A stretch of DNA of 64,000 bases from the NCBI GenBank assembly GCA_965231075.1, contig OZ246412.1, forward strand, positions 321,587-385,586. The letters run 5' to 3'. The notes beneath the pieces are model-generated. The model ran no database searches and had not been told where the DNA came from. It saw nothing but the letters and a program-made list of their open reading frames with translations. The DNA is from an uncultured Candidatus Saccharibacteria bacterium. GTDB lineage: Bacteria > Patescibacteriota > Minisyncoccia > RBG-13-40-8-A. How positions within the stretch are numbered: position 1 is the first letter of the stretch; every line of letters starts with the position of its first letter. A program made the position numbers and the translations under genes. This document shows positions 58,073 to 64,000 of the stretch, piece by piece.

Positions 58073-59866
58073 TTATATCGCAGTTTTGTCTGCACCTTTG
58101 GGATACCAGTTTAATTCTGATTTATTAATTGTGAAAATCGATTCTGATTTTGCGCCTGAAGATAAAAACTGGTTAGCGGTTATATTTAACCAGTATAATT
58201 TCCCTGTGTCCGCACCGGTTACTTCTAATTCATAAACTTTTGGCGAATCAGAATATTTGTAATAATTTGAAGTCTTGAATGCATCCCGAACCTGTGGTTT
58301 TACTGTTTTAATACTTTTCCAACCCCCTAGATGTCCATACATATTAAAAATTTCTGGGTTTAGAAATAATCTCTTATATCCAAATTGATTAATAATAAAA
58401 ACATCAAAATCGCCTTCGGCTCTAATTAAATCACCCTCCTTTAATCCATAATCTTCTGGTTTGGTCTGAATTGTAGTATCAGGTAGTTCGGTTGGTTCAT
58501 CAAAAATAGTTGTGTAAGCCGAAAGAGTAAATTGGGTAGCTGGATCATTATTCGTAAAACCACTATTGCGAGACTGATTTGAAACAATAATCGTTACAGA
58601 ATCAAAGTTATCCCTGAAGTTGGGGATTTTTATCGTGCCTTGTTGGTTGATTAGATTTAAGTTTCCAATAATTGGTCCCTTGGATTGATCAATATAATCG
58701 ATTACATAAAGAACGTTAAAATTTCCGCCATTAATTTCTCCTTCAAATTCCAATTCCAGGTCTTTGGTGGTGGTGCCACGCTCTTGGCGATTGGTAAATT
58801 TATACCAATGTGGCGCCCAATCTTTAACATCTTGAGAAATATTGATTACATTTGCCGAGACAATTCCGTAGCTTATTGGCGAAACAAATAAATTTCCTTT
58901 TAAATAGGGGTTTTTGTATCCATATATTCCTCCCAGTAAGATTTTATCGTTTAAATAGCTAGCAACTGTCCATTGATTGAATATTTTTGAAAAATTAACA
59001 TTGTATCCTTTATCAATTAAGGCTTGCTCTAAACTAGCAATTCCGGTTTTGTTGTTTTGCGCAGTCATGCCAATAATTTCTTCTCCGTATTGTTCGGCAA
59101 TATAGTGTCCCAAAACATTAACTGATGGATAATCAATTCTTTCTCCCTTCCATTCGGTTAACGAATCAAAGGGATAAGATAAAAAATCATCAACCCTTCT
59201 TTCTAAATTACTTCCCACATAATCGCTATCATAACCACAAAGTGTTGGAGCGTATTCACTTCTTAATTCGTTAAGCCAAATATCGTCTCGAACTCCCCTT
59301 TCGCGCTCTTTCTGGTTCCAGCTAATTAAGTGTTGCATTTCGTGAGCCAGTAAACTATAAATCAGTGGATTGGTAATTTGATTGGCATTTAAATAAATCA
59401 TCTCGCGCATATTTGACCTTGGTTCGTGGGTTTGATTTTTTTCGTCTTTCTCGTTGAAATATCCTCCTGCGGTCGCATCAAGCTTGGTTAATAAAATTGT
59501 TATCTTGGCATCGTCATCGATTCCCGGGTTCCATTCTGAACCAAAAAAATAAGTCAACGTAGGATAAATTATTTGATCAAATTCCTCTGCCAATAAATTA
59601 ATATCACCCAAATAATCCTGTTGTTGTAACAGCGTTAAATTGTCCCAATATTCATCTTCTATATAAAAATAAGCATTGTCAGAAATTTTTCTCAAAGTCG
59701 CTGAAGTTTCTATGCGATTATTATAATCGTATTCTGGATCTAGATAGAATCCTACGTTCTTATTTAAATCATCAATAGCGAAAGCACACTGAAAGAAAAC
59801 AATAAAAACCCCACCCGAAACAAGTAAGGTTAAAACTATTCTCTTTTTTATTGAAAAGAATTTCAT
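58073..59866 (-). CDS. secreted zinc metallopeptidase-like protein
   Basis: Signal/TM, GGYF, LAHEMQH, WLNE. Confidence 0.75.
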   Translation of the reverse strand: MKFFSIKKRIVLTLLVSGGVFIVFFQCAFAIDDLNKNVGFYLDPEYDYNNRIETSATLRKISDNAYFYIEDEYWDNLTLLQQQDYLGDINLLAEEFDQIIYPTLTYFFGSEWNPGIDDDAKITILLTKLDATAGGYFNEKDEKNQTHEPRSNMREMIYLNANQITNPLIYSLLAHEMQHLISWNQKERERGVRDDIWLNELRSEYAPTLCGYDSDYVGSNLERRVDDFLSYPFDSLTEWKGERIDYPSVNVLGHYIAEQYGEEIIGMTAQNNKTGIASLEQALIDKGYNVNFSKIFNQWTVASYLNDKILLGGIYGYKNPYLKGNLFVSPISYGIVSANVINISQDVKDWAPHWYKFTNRQERGTTTKDLELEFEGEINGGNFNVLYVIDYIDQSKGPIIGNLNLINQQGTIKIPNFRDNFDSVTIIVSNQSRNSGFTNNDPATQFTLSAYTTIFDEPTELPDTTIQTKPEDYGLKEGDLIRAEGDFDVFIINQFGYKRLFLNPEIFNMYGHLGGWKSIKTVKPQVRDAFKTSNYYKYSDSPKVYELEVTGADTGKLYWLNITANQFLSSGAKSESIFTINKSELNWYPKGADKTAI

Positions 59867-59888
59867 TAATTTAAATACAACAAATTAC

Positions 59889-59977
59889 GTCGCCTGAGGA
59901 GCTTGGAAGGTAAAAACCCCAATACTTGGTATTGAATGGGTACCGGTTCCAGAGCTCCTCAGGCAACACAATCTCCT
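59889..59977 (-). ncRNA. long irregular hairpin RNA or leader with own promoter
   Basis: GTTGCCTGAGGAGCT/AGCTCCTCAGGCGAC 15-bp stem plus inner stems; TTGACA 60007-60012, 18 nt, TATACT 59983-59988. Confidence 0.6.
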
Positions 59978-60037
59978 AATTAAGTATAACCGAAATAAAT
60001 AATGAGTGTCAAACCCCGACGCAAGGTCGGGGTAAAT

Positions 60038-60075
60038 AAAAAATGTCCTCGTCGGGCCGAAGCCCAACAAGGACA
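60038..60075 (-). terminator. terminator of cassette 6
   Basis: TGTCCTTGTTGGGC-TTCG-GCCCGACGAGGACA then T6. Confidence 0.8.
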
Positions 60076-60079
60076 AAAC

Positions 60080-60610
60080 CTATTTCAGAAAATTCCACCA
60101 AAGTTCGAAAGTGCAGACGAGGAGCATTAGGGCCGTACTAATCAGAATTTCCTTTCTGATTTTGGTCGGATAACCCCACTTTCTGACCCATGACTTGCCC
60201 CACGGATAGAAGAAGGACGCATAAGGATAAGTTTCATCGTTTTTCTGGAAACGATCGATCATCATGTGTACGAACCAGAACGTAAACGGAACCCACCATA
60301 AACGGTGAAAAAATATTAATCCGCACACAAACGACATGATTGCTCCGGGCCAAAGATGAAACCAGCATGCAGGGATTTTTACTCCCGGAGACGGCTTGCC
60401 AACATCACCGCCCCTGAGAAATCGCGGAATACGCACGAAAAAAATGTCCGCGACATAACTCGGCGAGGTGAAGTGATCGGCAAAGTCCATTACCGAACCC
60501 CAGAAATAAATGAGTGCGAGCTGGAGAATAGAAAACTCCATCCCGAACCCGAAAAGCAGAATCGCCCGAAACGCGAACGTAATGTCAAAGTGCGTCATTG
60601 GTGCGGCCAT
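60080..60610 (-). CDS. GC-rich membrane-bound metal-dependent hydrolase-like protein (YdjM-like)
   Basis: TH, D..DH, H, H...D motifs between TM segments; SD GAAAGGAGGT. Confidence 0.65.
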   Translation of the reverse strand: MAAPMTHFDITFAFRAILLFGFGMEFSILQLALIYFWGSVMDFADHFTSPSYVADIFFVRIPRFLRGGDVGKPSPGVKIPACWFHLWPGAIMSFVCGLIFFHRLWWVPFTFWFVHMMIDRFQKNDETYPYASFFYPWGKSWVRKWGYPTKIRKEILISTALMLLVCTFELWWNFLK

Positions 60611-60615
60611 CCTGC

Positions 60616-60673
60616 ACCTCCTTTCTTAAATTCTAATAATATATATTATACACCCGAAACACAATTATGTCAA
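60616..60673 (-). promoter_or_regulatory. consensus promoter plus SD of cassette 6
   Basis: TTGACA 60668-60673, 17 nt, TATAAT 60645-60650; SD 60616-60625. Confidence 0.85.
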
Positions 60674-60677
60674 CCAA

Positions 60678-60754
60678 AAAGAAAAACGTCGACATAAAGC
60701 CAGACGTTTTTCCCCAAGTATAGAGTCCTCCCTTGCGGGATTTCCCATTCAATA
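60678..60754 (-). ncRNA. ~75-nt small RNA candidate
   Basis: TTGACA 60783-60788, 17 nt, TAATAT 60760-60765; TCCC-GCAA-GGGA hairpin; terminator 60682-60711. Confidence 0.55.
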
Positions 60755-60788
60755 ACTATATATTAGCAGATAAAAAATCCGTTGTCAA

Positions 60789-60845
60789 CCCCTGTTAAAT
60801 AAAAACCTTTGGTTTTTGATTTTAATATAAAATCATTTAACGGGG
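60789..60845. repeat. REP-like element (copy 2)
   Basis: CCCCTGTTAAAT...ATTTAACGGGG enclosing two hairpins. Confidence 0.7.
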
Positions 60846-60859
60846 TCAAGACCCTAGAT

Positions 60860-61621
60860 TTAATATTTAAATTCTGCATCAACCACAATGTCGTGAGCGA
60901 ACTCTTGGCAACCAATGGCGAAAATTCTAAACATTGGCGAAATATCAGCACCATCTAAAAACTTTAACGATTTGCCGTTGTTTCCCAAACACTCACCTCC
61001 TTGTATTTTCTCGCATTTTAATTCAATCAAGATTTCAAATTCTAAAACTGTTTCTTTGTCATATGGATAAATATCTCCTAAGGGATAGTTGTCTAGTTCG
61101 AGTAACATATATTCGTCGCCACCCAATTTTATTTCTTGGGCTTGATCATTGACAATCAGTGTCATTTTGGCGACATAGGATTTCTCTAGAGCGTAAACCT
61201 TGTCATCGCGATCGCTTAATTTGTTGCTTTCAAAATATAGCCACAATTTCGGAATATCCATTAAGGTGTAAATTGGATTTTTGATTTTGTATTTGCCTAA
61301 ACTAATTGTATTAGTGGACCCGTCTTTGGGAATTGTCCATGTCGCATTTGCTTCTTTGGTGACAGCAGGAACAATTGTTGCCGGGCTGGCGCAACCATAT
61401 TTTGAATTATCAACAATTGCCTCTGATCTTCTAGGGTTATCAGTCTTAGAAACTGGCACTGGCCTATATTCTTCTTGAGAAGTTGGCGGATTTCCAGGAT
61501 TGTTTTCGTTCTTACGATAATCTTGATAGATAAAAATTCCCACAATAATAAGAACAGCAATTAGGGGCAAGATTATCTTCCAATTTATTTTTTTGTTTTC
61601 CGAATTTTCTAAGTTCTCCAT
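60860..61621 (-). CDS. membrane-anchored hypothetical protein
   Basis: N-terminal TM, beta-rich body with Cys. Confidence 0.7.
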   Translation of the reverse strand: MENLENSENKKINWKIILPLIAVLIIVGIFIYQDYRKNENNPGNPPTSQEEYRPVPVSKTDNPRRSEAIVDNSKYGCASPATIVPAVTKEANATWTIPKDGSTNTISLGKYKIKNPIYTLMDIPKLWLYFESNKLSDRDDKVYALEKSYVAKMTLIVNDQAQEIKLGGDEYMLLELDNYPLGDIYPYDKETVLEFEILIELKCEKIQGGECLGNNGKSLKFLDGADISPMFRIFAIGCQEFAHDIVVDAEFKY

Positions 61622-61636
61622 AATTTTTAATTTTAC

Positions 61637-62212
61637 TTATTTAATTTTAAAATTCTCTGCAACTTGACTAAACAATTCTTTATATTCCGCCCATTTTTCT
61701 TCTAGGGTGTTGAAGGAAATTATCCAAACATCGTGATCTTTGATTCTAATTGCCAAAAAAACCTTAAAATCAACTTCGTTTTGCCTGAACTGTGACTCAA
61801 TAAAATAAATCTCCCCATCTTCGGTGGCTTGGATTTCTTCGTTCAAAACTTGTAATCCTTTAAAGCTTTGAGTTAATGATTCTTTAATTTTGTTGAGGTA
61901 TTCCGGAATTGTTGCTTCCGCAAAAACGTCTTTAATCACAGAGTAATAACTGGCGAAATTTAATTCTTTGATCTTTGGGTCGCCAAACTGTTCAACTTCC
62001 TTCATTGCCATGGCATAAGCGCCGTAGGCCGGAGGATTTATTTCAACCCAACCTTGGATTAATTTAATTTTAAAAAATTCGTTCTCAATGTTTTCTTTAG
62101 GCGCTTTAACCTGATTGCTTGTTTCCGGCTTTAAAACCAGAAAATAAACAACAACCAAAACAACCAATAAAAAGACTAGTATTCCGGCAAAAATTAAGGT
62201 TTTTTTATTCAC
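61637..62212 (-). CDS. membrane-anchored PsbP/DcrB-like protein
   Basis: TM, F.I...GW, C-terminal W..Y..LF.....F.I. Confidence 0.6.
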   Translation of the reverse strand: MNKKTLIFAGILVFLLVVLVVVYFLVLKPETSNQVKAPKENIENEFFKIKLIQGWVEINPPAYGAYAMAMKEVEQFGDPKIKELNFASYYSVIKDVFAEATIPEYLNKIKESLTQSFKGLQVLNEEIQATEDGEIYFIESQFRQNEVDFKVFLAIRIKDHDVWIISFNTLEEKWAEYKELFSQVAENFKIK

Positions 62213-62220
62213 CTGTTTGT

Positions 62221-64000
62221 TTACTTGGGTAATGAGTTAATAAATTTCTCTGCATCTTTTTCAAAATTGGGATCAATTTCCGCTGACATTAATGCGGCTG
62301 CCCTAGCCCTAACATAGTCACCTGTTATAGCGTAAGCAGCAGCCAAAGAAGCATGGAGTTGGGCATTATTTGGCTCTTCAATAACGGCAAGTTCATAAAT
62401 GTCTCGTACTTTTTGATAATCTTTAACTTTTTCATAAATGAATACCATGCGCATCATATCAGTAATACTGTTTTGGTAATTAGAATACCCCTTATCAATC
62501 GCTTGGTTTAAGTATTTTGCAGCCGTTTCATAATCCCCCAAATAAGAGGCTGCCACAGCCAAAAGCCAATGAGAAACATTAACCTCTGGATTTAAATCTA
62601 GCGCCGTTTTAAAGCTATTAAAGGCGTCTTGGAATTTCTTTTGTGATATTTGTGCCTGCCCCAATTCGTACCAAATTCGAGGATTTTTATCATTAATTTT
62701 CACTGCATTGCGTATGCTTTCTTCTGCCAGCACTCCAAACTTATTGTCGGCATTAATTAATAAAATATACATTCTGCCTAAATACAAATAGGGGTTGGTA
62801 TCTAGGGGGTATTTTTCAATATTCTTTTTTATTTCTTTGGCGCCAAAGTTCAATAGATTAACCACGCTTTGACTTAGTTTGTCTTCTTGAGATTTTTGTG
62901 CTTCAACCACCTGCACAACAAATGAAGCAAATTTATGTCTAATTTCGTAAGCCCCTTGATTGGTATTGTAATTTAATGCTTTTTGATAGTACTGTAGCGC
63001 TTTATTAGCATCTCCGGCACCTGTGGCCAGAATTGCTCGAGTAGAGGCATAGTTGGCTTTCGCTGGCTCAATGTTTAATTGAAAAATTGAAACTAGCGCA
63101 AGAACCAACAGAATCGTCGCTAAAATAATCGATGGCTCTTTACTTACGATCACTTCTTGTTTGTTTTTGGGTTCTGGTTCGTTGTTCAAAAACAAGAAAT
63201 AAACATATCCCAATACCAGAAAAAACATTAAATAATTTGCTGTGGTATCGAAAATAAATAGATTTTGTATAAAATAAGCAATAATCATCGCCGACAAGAT
63301 TCCTAAAACCAGAGCCGATATTTTATTTTCCTTAAATTTTTTATACAAATAATAAAAAATAAAAAAGAAAACGCTTAAATAGCTAATCAGACCTACAACA
63401 CCCATGGTACATAAAATTTCTAAGGGCATATTGTGAGCGCGATCCCAAATTGTTTCTGATCCAAAACCAGTAAAGTGTTTGGGGTTAAAATATTTCATAT
63501 GTAAAAACATGAAATTTTCTGGTCCCCAACCCAAAATCGGTCTATCTTTAAATCCCTGTAAACCACTACTCCACGACCATAAACGAGTCTGTACCGTACT
63601 TGTGCCCAGAGAAATATCCGCTAATCGACTTAACCAACTTGTGTTTTTTACCCACGCCTGGTTTTTGCTAAAAGCAACAACCAAAACCAACAACACAAAA
63701 ATTGCCAAACTAATAATAAGATATTTTTTAACCCTGGCCGACCCGGACTTAAAAATCAAAAATAAAATCAAAAGAAATAGTGATCCAAGAAAGGCAACCA
63801 TTGCTCCACGCACTGCTGTAATAAAAACAATCGGCACACCCAAGATAAATGTTAATAGGAAAAAATTTCTCTGCCATCGTGGAAAATCTTTTTTAAAAAA
63901 CAGAAACAGGGCCAGAAACAAAACAAACAACAAATAACCGGCAAAAAGCGCGGGGTTGCCAATTGTACCAATCAATCTTTCTCCGTGTTGCCAACCGACA
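62221..64000 (-). CDS. O-antigen ligase-family membrane protein with TPR tail (5' part beyond window)
   Basis: GTIGNP, R...W, PILGWGPENF, DRAHN; C-terminal TPRs. Confidence 0.85.
   Translation of the reverse strand, partial: VGWQHGERLIGTIGNPALFAGYLLFVLFLALFLFFKKDFPRWQRNFFLLTFILGVPIVFITAVRGAMVAFLGSLFLLILFLIFKSGSARVKKYLIISLAIFVLLVLVVAFSKNQAWVKNTSWLSRLADISLGTSTVQTRLWSWSSGLQGFKDRPILGWGPENFMFLHMKYFNPKHFTGFGSETIWDRAHNMPLEILCTMGVVGLISYLSVFFFIFYYLYKKFKENKISALVLGILSAMIIAYFIQNLFIFDTTANYLMFFLVLGYVYFLFLNNEPEPKNKQEVIVSKEPSIILATILLVLALVSIFQLNIEPAKANYASTRAILATGAGDANKALQYYQKALNYNTNQGAYEIRHKFASFVVQVVEAQKSQEDKLSQSVVNLLNFGAKEIKKNIEKYPLDTNPYLYLGRMYILLINADNKFGVLAEESIRNAVKINDKNPRIWYELGQAQISQKKFQDAFNSFKTALDLNPEVNVSHWLLAVAASYLGDYETAAKYLNQAIDKGYSNYQNSITDMMRMVFIYEKVKDYQKVRDIYELAVIEEPNNAQLHASLAAAYAITGDYVRARAAALMSAEIDPNFEKDAEKFINSLPK

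Noticed and set aside
59889-59977. SRP (4.5S) or 6S RNA identity for the hairpin
   Set aside because: No GNRA-capped helix 8 with CAGG/AGCA motifs; too short and lacking a large central bubble for 6S
1-64000. Prophage, integron, CRISPR array, IS element or recoded TGA (code 25)
   Set aside because: No integrase, transposase, phage structural genes or repeat-spacer array seen; murD, trmD and thrS end at TGA at their expected lengths

Overview
AT-rich chromosomal window from a small-genome bacterium, most likely Patescibacteria/CPR (Parcubacteria-like; inferred from 16S signatures, CPR-type VirB4/TraG-like ATPases, and rpsP-khpA-trmD without rimM). Most genes are housekeeping (murC/D, dnaE, dnaX, four aminoacyl-tRNA synthetases, gatB, secA/D/F, rnc, nusB, iscS/U, alr, rsgA). 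There is also a split rRNA operon and three tRNAs. I saw no integrase, transposase or CRISPR array. The main signal is a split in translation-initiation logic. (i) The 16S gene lacks the anti-Shine-Dalgarno tail. (ii) Native genes mostly have a -10 box only 6-9 nt before the ATG (leaderless-type). (iii) Six dispersed, GC-richer units carry SD motifs and terminators, five of them with near-consensus sigma70 promoters; they encode membrane/secreted proteins (one beta-barrel-like) and a dCMP deaminase-ThyX operon. (iv) A ~430-nt structured RNA unit (32022-32466) carries, near its predicted 5' end, a 13-nt perfect complement of the canonical 16S 3' tail that this cell's own 16S does not have. Together these suggest, as a hypothesis only, RNAs addressed to a host ribosome. 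Further unexplained structures include a two-copy covarying RNA motif, a small RNA pair with padlock-like complementarity, a trmD N-terminus-mimicking uORF, a MiaB-MiaA fusion and a 32-aa pilin-like peptide. All calls are by eye; no searches or folding programs were run.
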